The notes beneath the pieces were generated by a model. It was given only the letters and a program-made list of their open reading frames with translations. It was not told where the DNA came from and did not search any database. The position numbers and the translations under genes were made by a program. Shown piece by piece: positions 13,147-24,434 of a stretch of 64,000 nt of DNA. The DNA is taken from NCBI GenBank assembly GCA_040357565.1, contig JBDODJ010000047.1. One strand, given 5' to 3'. This DNA is from Cercozoa sp. M6MM. Lineage: Eukaryota > Protista > Endomyxa: Ascetosporea. Within the stretch, counting starts at the first letter, position 1. Each line of letters starts with the position of its first letter.

Positions 13147-14103
13147 AGGGTCAACGGGGGGGGGGGGGGGGGGGGTNNNNNNNNNNNNNNNNNNNNNNNN
13201 NNNNNNNNNNNNNNNNNNNNNNNNNNNNNNNNNNNNNNNNNNNNNNNNNNNNNNNNNNNNNNNNNNNNNNNNNNNNGGGTAAACAGGGGGGGGGGGGTAA
13301 AACGCACCGCCGCTGCCGACGCCGTTCGCGCAGAAAATCGAGCGTTTCCAACGGCACGAAACTGCCCACTGCGACACAGAGAAACTCTTGCGCGTTTCTC
13401 ACTCCAGAAGAAACGCGCGTTTCTCAAAAAATACAGTAAAATTACCGCCCTGTTCCTCGCGCTCCTCGAAAACGCCAAACATCCGCGCGGACGTCTCCTC
13501 GCTCAGTCCTGTCTTTCCACTGCACTCACCCATTCCATCACGCAGGCAATTCTTAACTGAGTCGAACGAATCTTGTTTGGAGAAACGCTCACGAAACAAG
13601 CACGTGTGCACTCGGACTCACCAGAGTTTCGCCGCCACGAACAGAAGCTCACCAGATGGTTTTCTGCTCACGCCCGTGTCAATTGCACACAAAAGCAACT
13701 TTAACACACTTTAAATTACCAGAGCACGGCACCGCGCTAAACAAACCGGCCAGAAAACCTGGTTTGCTCCAGGACCCCTCGTTCAAATAACTTTGTTCTG
13801 TGGCCCGTAACGTGTTTAAACCGCAATATATGCACCGTTTAATGTCGCCAGACGCTTGATCGCGCCAGGTTTTGTCATGGGGATCCGCGGAACCAGAAAA
13901 GGTCCAAATGTCCCAACCCATCGACTCTCGGGGCCGCGCACTGGACCGCGCGCCTGTCGCACGTGTCGGAGTGTTGCTTGGACGGGATTAGAGGTACCCG
14001 TGTGCACTGCAAGCTGCGCATGCAGTCAGCGTTTGTGCGTGTTTTTTGTTTGGTTTTGTTCTGGTCAAAGAAAATGCAAAATCGAGTTGCACGTTGCAGA
14101 AAG

Positions 14104-16014
14104 ATGTTCGCGAGCCGTGTCTGCCGTGGCCAGAAGTTTGCTGTGCGTGCGTTCTCGTCGGCGCAGCACACTGTTGTGCTGATGCCGGTACAGATGTTCC
14201 CGTGTCCGTGTCGTACCCATTCAACGGGGTGGGCGTGATTTGGCATCTGGTATCGTTGAGCGCAGGGTGACGGCATTGGTCCCGAGATCGCGCAGTCGGT
14301 GCAGGACGTCTTCCGTGCCGCCGAGGTGTGCTGTTTTACTGTTGTGTCTTGCTTGGATTGCGAATATGTGGAATGTGTAGGTTCCGGTGAACTGGGAGGT
14401 GCACAACATCGGCACTGAGCACGTCGTTGCCGGCAGCAAGGACCTTATCTCGCCCGAGGTGTGTCTGTCCTAATTTGTGAAGGAAGAGTCGAACTGTGTA
14501 TGTGTACTGTTGTCTGCTCTTTGGTAGGCCCTCGATGCCATCCGCAAGTACGGTGTCGGCCTTAAGGGTATGCCACTGACCTTCTCTATGGTCCGAGTCG
14601 CACTTTGAGTCCATGCTCTCCTTGTACAGGTCCGTTCGCCACGCCGATTGGTGGCGGCCACCGCTCGCTTAATCTGGTACACTTTTCGTTTCTCCCTTTA
14701 TCTCTTACCCCCCCCCCCCCCTTACCCCTACTTGAGCAGACGCTGCGCCAGGAGCTCAACCTGTCGGCCAACGTGCGTCCGTGCAAGTCGCTTCCGGGCT
14801 TCAAGACCAAGGTGTGTCCAATCATACCCCCATTGCCCCTGTCCCTGTCCTTACCCGTTGCCCCCGCCCCTGCCCTTGCACTCAGTACGACGATGTCGAC
14901 GTGATCACGTTCCGCGAGAACACGGAGGGCGAGTACGCCGGTCTCGAGCACGAGGTCTACCCGGGTAGTCTGGGTTATATTACTACCCTGCCCCCTGTGT
15001 ATACGTGTGTGTATCATGTACAGGTGTGGTGGAGAACATGAAGGTCATCACGCGTGCTGCCTCGACGCGTACCCTTGCCTTTGTCCCAAGCCAGTCGGGG
15101 TTGTCATCTCACTTGCCCGTGTTGTATCGTTAGGCGTGTGCGAGTACGCCTTCAAGTACGCCTCGGAGAACGGTCGCGAGCGTGTGACGGCCGTGCACAA
15201 GGTTGGACTGTGGCTACACGGGTCGAACCGACTAATGACGGTTTGTGTGTGTGCAGGCGACGGTGCAGAAGATGGCCGACGGTCTTTTCCTTGAGTGCGC
15301 TCGCGAGGTGGCCGCCAAGTACCCCAACGTAGCCTTTGCCTTCCCCTACCTACCTGTAGAGAGAGGGTATCTACCCCCACCCCCTGTGTGTGTACACAGA
15401 TCAAGTTCGACGAGATGCTGCTGGACAACGCCATTCTGCAGCTCACCCAGGACCCGACGCAGGTACCTCTCACGCTACCTATGTATCTATGTCTCTGTGT
15501 GTCAATGTGTCTGTGTACATGAGTCCAGCTCGACACGATGGTGATGCCGAACCTGTACGGCGACATTGTTTCCGACCTGTGTGCTGGTAACACTTACTAT
15601 CCTTCCAGCAGATACAGACGCACATGTCGATGAAACAGGCCTCATTGGCGGTCTCGGTCTGACGCCGTCCGGCAACATTGGTGACCAGTGCGCCGTGTTC
15701 GAGTCGGTGCACGGTACGGCCCCGGATATCGCCGGTCAGGACAAGGCCAACCCGACGGCCCTGCTGCTGTCGGCCTGCATGATGTTGCGTCACCTCGGCA
15801 TGACCGACAAGGCCATCAACATTGAGAACGCCATCTTCACCGTCATTGGCAACGACATCGTAACTTTCCTCTTCCATCCCACTTCTCTGCCAGTTGGGCA
15901 TGAAGAGAGGCTTATGTTTGGCTTGTTGCGCGACAACAGGCGCGCACGGGCGATCTGGGCGGCAGCTCCAAGTGCTCCGAGTTTACCAGCGCCATCTGCC
16001 ACCAGCTGGAGTAA
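14104..16014 (+). CDS. IDH3A: Mitochondrial NAD-dependent isocitrate dehydrogenase, catalytic alpha subunit (13 introns)
   Basis: Transit-like N-terminus; [67 protein letters not shown]. Confidence 0.95.
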
Positions 16015-16110
16015 TTTAACGCAACTGCAGTTGCAGCTAAAGTTCCGATTTTTTGTCATTCTGTCCGCGGCCGGTCTAGTCTAAAGCGTATAAGCGAAAC
16101 ACACATGCTA

Positions 16111-16510
16111 CCGCAGCCCTCTCAGATAGGGATCAAGCCTTGGTAAATTGAGGGTACTTTGCCAGTGATACAAAACAAAAATTAAGGAACGGAAGCAAGT
16201 CTGTTCTTGGAGGTAGAGTGGCCAAGTGTCAGTTTGAAAGAGCGGCAAAGCACTGGACGGAAAGTCACCCGCCAGATGTTCTTATTGAGTTGGCGAGGAA
16301 CGAAGACTGAAAGAAGGGCCTCTCTGGAAAGGCAGAGGACGGGTAGAAGCGGAGACAACTGGCCTTGGAGAGATCAGATTAAACTTACCTGGTCGAGACG
16401 TTTTACTGTAGAAAGGAAAGTCAGTTAAAGGGTTTGAGACGGAAAGGCGTCGTCCGAACTGAGTAGTGAGGGTTCATGAGTGCTCGAGTTGGCGGTAGTC
16501 GTGGATACAG
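16111..16510. mobile_element. Copy 1 of a TA-flanked non-autonomous element with a structured-RNA-like core (16111-16398)
   Basis: TA|CCGCAGCC...GGATACAG|TA; core homologous to 37528-37835; no convincing ORF. Confidence 0.6.
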
Positions 16511-16653
16511 TAGCTCATGCCAAGTCAGTCGTCACTAGTGCACACTGGCAGTGAAAGCGAGACGGTTTAACTGTGAATTTTGAGATGAGCTAACTGGGAT
16601 GTTTCAAACAAAATAAGCTGTTAGGGAACAAAAGCAGCAGTCAGCCGACACAA

Positions 16654-18358
16654 TTACTTGCGCTTGCCGTACTCCTTCTTCTGGACGGTCTTGATGACAC
16701 CGACAGCAACCGTCTGGCGCATGTCACGCACGGCGAAGCGGCCGAGCGGCGAGTACTCCATGAACGACTCGACGCACATCGGCTTCGACGGCACGATCTG
16801 AGCGATGGCGGCGTCGCCCGTCTTGACGAACTGCGGGTTGTCCTCGACCTTCTGGCCCGTACGCTTGTTGAGCTTCTCGAGCAGCTTGTCGAAGCGGCAC
16901 GCGATGTGAGCCGTGTGGCAGTCGAGCACCGGCGTGTAGCCAGCCTGGATCTGACCCGGGTGGTTCAGGATGATGACCTGGGCCGTGAAGCTCTCGGCCT
17001 GCTTGGCCGGGTCGTTCTTGGCGTCAGAGCAGACGAAGCCACGCTTGACGTCCTTGACCGACACGTTCTTGACGTTGAAGCCAACGTTGTCACCCGGGAG
17101 GGCCTGGTCGACCTGCTCGTGGTGCATCTCGACCGACTTGACGTCCGTCACAACACCGGCCGGGGCGAAGAGCACCGACATGTTCGGCTGCACACAGGCA
17201 AACATATTATTGATACACTAATGAGCAAGTCAGGGCAAGGGCAGCTACCTTGATGATGCCCGTCTCGACACGGCCGACCGGGACAGTGCCGATACCCGAG
17301 ATCTTGTACACGTCCTGGAGCGGCAGGCGGAGCGGCTTGTCCGTCGGGCGCGTCGGCGGCGTGATGGCGTTCAGAGCCTCGAGCAGAGTCGGGCCCTTGT
17401 ACCACGGCATGTTGGTCGAGCGCTCAAGCATGTTGTCGCCGTTGAAACCCGAGATCGGGATGAACGGGACCTTCTTGACCTTGTAGCCGACCTTCTGCAG
17501 GAACTTCGACAGCTCGGCCTTGATCTCGTTGTAGCGCGACTCCGAGTAGTTCGAGGTCTTGTCGTCCATCTTGTTGATGCAGACAATCATCTGCTTCACA
17601 CCGAGCGTGAAGGCGAGCAGGGCGTGCTCGCGCGTCTGGCCGTTCTTGGCGTAGCCGGCCTCGAACTCACCGACCGGCGAGGCGATCATGAGGATGGCGA
17701 CATCGGCCTGCGACGTGCCCGTGATCATGTTCTTGATGAAGTCACGGTGGCCCGGGGCGTCGATGATCGTGAAGTAGAACTTCTCGGTCTCGAACTTCCA
17801 CAGGGCGATGTCGATGGTGATACCGCGCTCACGCTCCGACTTCAGCTTGTCAAGCACCCAGGCGTACTTGAACGAGCCCTTGCCGAGCTCGGCGGCCTCC
17901 TTCTCGAACTTCTCGATGACACGCTTGTCGATACCACCGCACTTGTAGATGAGGTGGCCCGTCGAGGTCGACTTGCCGGCATCGACGTGACCGATCACAA
18001 CGAGGTTGCAGTGGATCTTCTCCTTGCCCTGCAAGGAAACAAACGTAAACAGTCGAACCACAAAACGAAAACAAAAACGGAAAACAAATGTGCGGCGGGC
18101 GCGAGCGCCACAAGCGCACGAAACCAGAGTTAGCACAGGCCAGCCGGCTTAGAAAGTGAGTGTGCCACGAGACACAAAACACAGCCCAAACACAATGCGG
18201 CCCAGTCCAACACTCAACAAAGTGTGTGGCAGCGCGCCCAGTATTGAGGTGGCACCGGCCACACGAGGCGGCCGGAAACCAAAACAACCCAGGGCGCACA
18301 AGCCGAAAGCCCACAAACAGTTCACACTAGACCAGAGTATAGCGGGCCAATGTACCAT
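16654..18358 (-). CDS. EEF1A: Translation elongation factor 1-alpha (canonical, not EFL)
   Basis: [54 protein letters not shown]; ATG at 18358 followed at once by a 327-nt intron; a second small intron near 17190-17249. Confidence 0.98.
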
Positions 18359-18713
18359 TTTGTAGTTGTGCTTATCTTGCTGAAAACAAAAGTGTTTGGC
18401 GAGTTTTCAGGAGACGGCTTTTCTTGTTTTTCGGAGCACCCGGCGCTCCGTTCAGAAGGTTCTGTTGCCTCGTGTAGCCATATGACATTATGGCATTCAA
18501 CAGCATGCAGAGGTGTGTTAATACGATTGTACAATAGCTCTCCTAATTTTGGCTAGAGTGCCTTAGTGGAAACGTCTGGGTCAGTAGAGTTTGATCTGGT
18601 TTTCAGTCCAATTGTACAATATCAATGGAATCACAGTGGCTCGCTCGATGCCGTACTGGAGACGATTGCGGCAGCTGCTTCTGTATTTGAGTGCGTTCAC
18701 CCACCCTGTTGTC

Positions 18714-19759
18714 ATGGAACCCGCGCTCGACACGGGCGATCAGCCAGCGGATTTCTCTTGTGCCAAACCGGTGCAGGAAGACGAGGAGGGCGATTGGACA
18801 CACCCTGGTGTTATCCCTGCCGCTGGACGCGGGAATTCTGCCGATGGCAAGGTGCGTCACCGAGGCAATGTCCAACAATGTATTCGTCCGTGTTTGAGAC
18901 CTTTGTGATCCTACGTGCTTCTGCAGGCCTGGTTGAATCCCTCGGCCAATCAGTTGCAGCGTGCCGTTCACCGACGTGAGAAGGAGCTGCCGGACCAGGA
19001 CAAGCACGTTGTCGCCAGTATCCACGGCGAGGTACGCATCATTGTCTTTCCGTGCCTTCTCTGCGTGTCTATCGCCGTGTGTCCCTTCCTAGGTGACGAG
19101 GCTAACCTGGGACCGCATTCAGGAGTGGTATCTCACGCTCACATAACATGTTCTTGTGTTCTCGGATGGCTTTCATCTGTGGTTGCACGAAGGGAGCAGC
19201 TGCACGCCGGTGAGTGCGACAACGTCACCCTCGCGCGTTTCGAAGGCCTGTCGCACCTGCCATCTGTGAAGGCGCGCATGCTGTACCCCTGTCTTTCCTC
19301 CCTGTGCCTAGGGTTCACGGTGGTGTCTACTTTGTGTGCAGGCAGATGCTAGGTCACCCAGCTCCGTTTGATCGGCATGACTGGTTCGTCGATCGTTGCG
19401 GTCGTGAGGTGCCCCCCCCCCCTGCCTTGTTTGACCGACCTTGTTATTGTGATTACACTGTTGCTGCATTGATGTAGGTGAGGTATGTGATTGATTACTA
19501 CGCGCCCTGGGGCTCACATGGCTTCCATATCGACGTGCGGCCTGCGCCGACACTCTCTGGCGTCCTGGATCGCGCACACATGATGTACCCTTGCCCACTG
19601 TTCCTCTGGGTGCATGTGACACATGCCATCATCCGCAGGGCGAGACACTGGTTCCCGAACGTGTTCGGCAAGGTGCCGCATGTCGAGTCACAGGCCTCAT
19701 TCGTCGAGTCGCTTCACCAGACGCCCGACGCCTTTGCTGGCCAACGGCACGGCGAGTGA
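18714..19759 (+). CDS. HCCS: Holocytochrome c synthase (cytochrome c heme lyase)
   Basis: [42 protein letters not shown]. Confidence 0.9.
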
Positions 19760-19889
19760 TTTCGTTTTCATTTTTCTCAAGCCAGACTGAGAACGGCACG
19801 GGTGTTCCTCGCCTGGCGTGCACGGTCGTCGCTCCAGCGTAGCGCAGGCGCGCACCGTCGCGTACCACTGAGTTAAACTTACTTTAACG

Positions 19890-22702
19890 CTAGCTACCTG
19901 ACGATAAACTGGATGTCGTGCGATACCTCGACAACGGCGGACGGACGGACGGGCGGGGAAGATGTCCTGCCAACCCGTGGGGAACTTCAAAATGGGAGTC
20001 GGGTGGCTCTGCTCGAAGCGGGAGGGGTTGTCTACAGCTACGCGCTTGTGACCACCCAGGACAGGTACATCCAAGGCATCGGCACATGGTGCAGATGACT
20101 CGACTTCCAAAACCCTTCCTAGTCCGTGAGGCTCGCGTTTGTCGAAACGTCGGCCATCTCCTACGTGAAGTGTCAGTACAATCAGCGGACGGAATGGTAT
20201 TGGACAGAAGTCACTGATTGAAGGAATGCATGGGCATACCACAATGGCAGTGAGAGGTTGCAATGCGCGTTTCACAAACAACGAAAACGTCAACAGTAGG
20301 GCGAGCGAGGCGCATCCGACGCTTACCTAACAAACCCACCGCAAGAACACCACACCGTAATACCTCAGTGGGAGAGGTGCCTGTAATACCCACTCTCGGG
20401 CGGCCCAGAGTTGAGACTCCGATGCAGCCATGCCGAATGCGAAACAGATCTCATTCACCTATTTCAGCGCATTTAAGAGAAAAGTTAAGCAAAGAGTCGT
20501 GTGTCATCTTGAGGATACCACGACGGGAGTGCACTTTGCAAGGGCTTTGGCTGTCCTTAAAGCAGCAAATGCTGCCGAGCTGTCGCTTTCGGGAGGCCCA
20601 TGCCTAATGCGCACAGTCAAGTCCAGTCCCACCCACATCACTCAGATGCCACTGTGTAGTTTAAAATTACTCTAACGACATGACAGCAATACTCGGTTGG
20701 GTGACACTTGCCACGATTGAGTTCGTTCTGCAACACAGTGCCCCATCATAACGTAGACACAGAGAGACAACGTATTCACTTACAGTCCGAAGGCGAAGAA
20801 GGTAGCTGCAAGAGTCCACGCCTACGCTCGAATAAAGAAGCACGCGCGCATATTGAGAAGGTATCGATTTACCAATGCGGTGCTTTGAGTGACACCCGTC
20901 TGGGCAAGTGCGATGAGAGAGATATGCAGCAACAGCGTGAGCGAAGTGCCGAGCAACAACAGCCAACGCAGGCCCTTTGCTCCTGAACATCATACGTTGT
21001 TCAGGTTGCATCTTGCAGAACTCACTGGGTGGTGTCACCAGTGATTACCAAATCGCAACTTGCATCGGTCAGACAGATGGCCAATAAGCGGCGCAAAGAT
21101 GGGTGCGTAGCGTGCCGAGGCAGCATAGACTGTTTCAGACAAAATGAACTCAGCACTAAATTTAGAAGTATGGCATCATGCGTACCTGCAACGAAGGACA
21201 GCGTCGGCACGAAACCAAACTGCGCCACGAAGATCTTCTTGGCGCTCGTGTAGAGATTCCACACCTGTACTTATGAGCTCTTGCATCTCACTCTCGTCTC
21301 GACGACACTACTAATCGAGAGTGAAAATACAGAGAGATCGACGAGAACACCGATGGTGAAGAGAAGCCAAAATGTGATTGGAGCTCGGCAGAGTGCCAGG
21401 CAGTAGTCATCTACAAAGGGACAAGTATCTGCAGTAAGCGACCAACGCGCAAAAAAGTTGCGAACAGTGGTGGTACACATCAGTCGATAGGAGGGCCGTC
21501 GTTCCGGGGAGTCTCTCGATGGTGTCACCAACAAGTCCGATAGTGTGGTGCTTCTAAAATCAGTTTACATTCAACACAGTGGACCGATTTAAATGAAGTA
21601 CGCTGAGACGATACATATCAGGTGACTCTGTGTACGACTCCCGAGGCCATTTGCTCCACCACAAAAAGGGTAGAAAGAGTGCCTGTCGTTCACACATGTC
21701 ATGGTACCGCAGACTTACACTTTAAGACAACTAAAACGCTACCGTCATTGCGCCTCCGGCAATGAGAAAGACAGAAGCACTAAATGGAGCGGACATCCCT
21801 GTAGCGAGCAGAGCGAAGAACAGTCGCTCGCTTAGCTGCAATTCAGCACCGTAAACAATAGAGACAGGAAAGCAGTGCATGCATCTTAAACTCACAGCAC
21901 TGTCCACAACCGTGGCGAAGACACAGCCGACATGAATCATGCCGAGTGCAAACGCCAACTTCGCGTGCGGCAGACGCGAGACAAACACTGCCTTCGACAG
22001 TACCTATGTAGCACGGCACATTAATACCAACAAAGAGAAATGTTCCCTGTGGCAGAAAGCGACAAATAGTAGCACCTTGAACGAGCAGTGCGCAATGCCC
22101 TGTATAAAGCGTGCAACGACAAACAAAACGAACGACGACATTGCCGCCGCTGCCGCCTGCCCAAACCAAAAGTGAAGACACTTGTACTGGTACCGAAGCG
22201 ACGGCGCCTGCTCGGATAATCTGTACCGAAGTAAGGGCGCCCACAATGCCGACCAGTACAACGAATGTCAGCGCTGCTGTGTGTCGTGCAAAAAACTTGT
22301 TCATTGCATACGCAAACAACAAGGCAAACAGCGAAGGAATGTCGAAAGCGAATGTCTACATGTGCATACGGTAGCGAACACTGGTCTTGCAGGAAAAGTT
22401 AATTGACTACCAGAGCATACTCAAAGTCGAGGTGCTCGCGTTCAGAGCGTTTGTGTTGCGGCCAGAACACCAGAGAAGGAAGCTCTACTTGTCTACACGT
22501 AAGTTTACACACGGTCCGTGTTTGTTCAGGTGTCATACACATTTGTTCGATCGAGATTATACAGAGTTGAAGTCGTGGACTTGGCAACCGACACGCAAAA
22601 GTATAGCAAGGTCATCGGGAGCAACAGCGAAACCCAAAGATGACGACTGTCATTGTCAGTTTGGCGACTGCTTTCACTATCAACCTCCTCTTTCCGGAGC
22701 AT
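19890..22702 (-). CDS. Major facilitator superfamily-like multi-pass transporter (3' end approximate)
   Basis: Many hydrophobic exons; MFS TM4-like motif FVLFVVARFIQGIA. Confidence 0.5.
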
Positions 22703-23041
22703 GATGCGAAAAGTTATGGAAACATCTACCGACAGGCGAGTTAAGCGTGGCCTTGCGACCTACAACTGCCTGACCTCGGGCATGCACGTGCGCAAAAATA
22801 GCATTACGCTGTCAGAACAAATCGAGAAACGCTAAATCGAACGGGACCGCTACTAAGTAGAGTTGCGTTTTCTGCGCCCAGTTTCTGTTTGGGGCGTGAA
22901 ATGTCTTCGGACTTTCAAATAGCCACGCCTCTGCGCCACTTCTCGTCGCGTCTTCTCGCCAAGCTGACGTCACCGCTCATTCGTCCTTCTCATTGTCACA
23001 GTCGCTTTTGGGCTCCCTGGGATATTACAAGAACGTCTCAA

Positions 23042-23996
23042 ATGAAATTGCTGTTGGTTTTGGCTGCTGTGGCGAGTTGTGGCGTGGTGGGACGCGATTT
23101 TGATCCTCGAAACTCGGAAGACATGGAGCACATGGTGGATGCTTGTACGCACACCATGATGGGCATGGCTGGTCACGGAGGCGTGCGGCATCGTGATGGT
23201 CCTATGACAAAAGTCATTGCGCGCAGGACATGTCAGCAACTGGTTGGAACCATCGACTCGAAGGTAATTTACCACCTGATTCACTTAAGGTAGCTCTCTT
23301 CGGCAGTACAAAGTTCGTACATGTAAATTTAGTCGCACGGTAAACTGCGAAGCCTGTTGGAAGGCAAGCATGCCGAGCATACAGAGCGACTCACTTCTGA
23401 AGGCATGCATCCGGATGAGGCCGAGCAGCAAGCCTTGCACCACATGACGCAGAGTCTGCTGGGTGGCAGCTTTGCTGATACTGTACCATTGCTTCCCGCG
23501 CCCTGTAAACTTATGTTTACGTTTCCTCATCGTTGTGTACCGTCAGATCAATGACACAGACGCACTGATTGCGTGTCAAGAGGACCCGAATTCGCCACGA
23601 TGCAAGCACGAGTTGCACAAGCACACGAAGAAGGTTTTTTGACTTTTGTCTGCTTGGCAATTCCAAGGTTTGATACTTTTTGGCACTGTTTAGATGGGCG
23701 AAGAGCTACTCGGATCACCTTTAGGAGGTCAAGTTCTTGCCGAACACGCCACCGACATCTTGAGCAACATGCGAGAACTGCAGCAGCAGTTACACCTGGA
23801 TCCAGAAGGCATCGCGCGCATGATGCAGCAGCAAGGCTTTGGCGGCCGGCACGCTGACACGCTCCGCAACATGGCCAAGCAGCAGCAAGATGTACCGCGA
23901 CGTCGGCGTCGCCCTCTGGCTAACCGCAGTGGCCGTCATTACGGTCAGCCCTCGCCGCGTCCTTCTGGCATGTACGGCAACGACATGATGGGGTAG
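23042..23996 (+). CDS. Uncharacterised secreted protein
   Basis: Signal peptide MKLLLVLAAVASCGVVG; GT-AG exons; stop at 23996. Confidence 0.7.
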
Positions 23997-24434
23997 ACTG
24001 CTGCAACGGTATATTGTATCATCCGCGCCACGTCAACGTGGCAGGCAGAAAACTCTGAGTTTGTTCGGTATTCGGGACTGAGTGCTGAGTGTGGTGAGCT
24101 AGACGTAGACCTTGTCATCATCAACTCAAGTAAGACAACCTAGGCAGCTACGTAGTCGAGTATCAGCAAATTCAATTCTAGTCGTTCTAGCTTTGGTCGC
24201 TTCCTTCGCTTATCAATTGCGTTTGAAACCGAACCCCCAGAATATTTACCCCGTTTACCCCTTACCCCTTTCCCCTCCTTACCCCTTTACCCGCCTTGCC
24301 CCCACCCCCCCCCTTATTCCCGAAAAGATTCTGATTTTGCCTCGGAAAAACCCCCACACCCACCTCGCCTCGAGCTTATGACAGGGTTAATAACTAGATC
24401 TGAATGGGTTTAGATAGACTCAGCTCGAGCTCCA

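Noticed and set aside
16207-16428. 73-aa ORF within the element core
   Set aside because: The homologous frame in copy 2 has frameshifts and stops, and both copies share an upstream stop
16111-16520. Group I intron interpretation (CCGCAGC, AAATTGAGGG and GGATACAGT resemble Q, P and S elements)
   Set aside because: The motifs are in the wrong order, there is no conserved P7 G-binding pair, and no gene is interrupted
17624-18133. Long antisense ORFs over EF-1alpha and IDH3
   Set aside because: Shadow frames produced by strong GC3 codon bias
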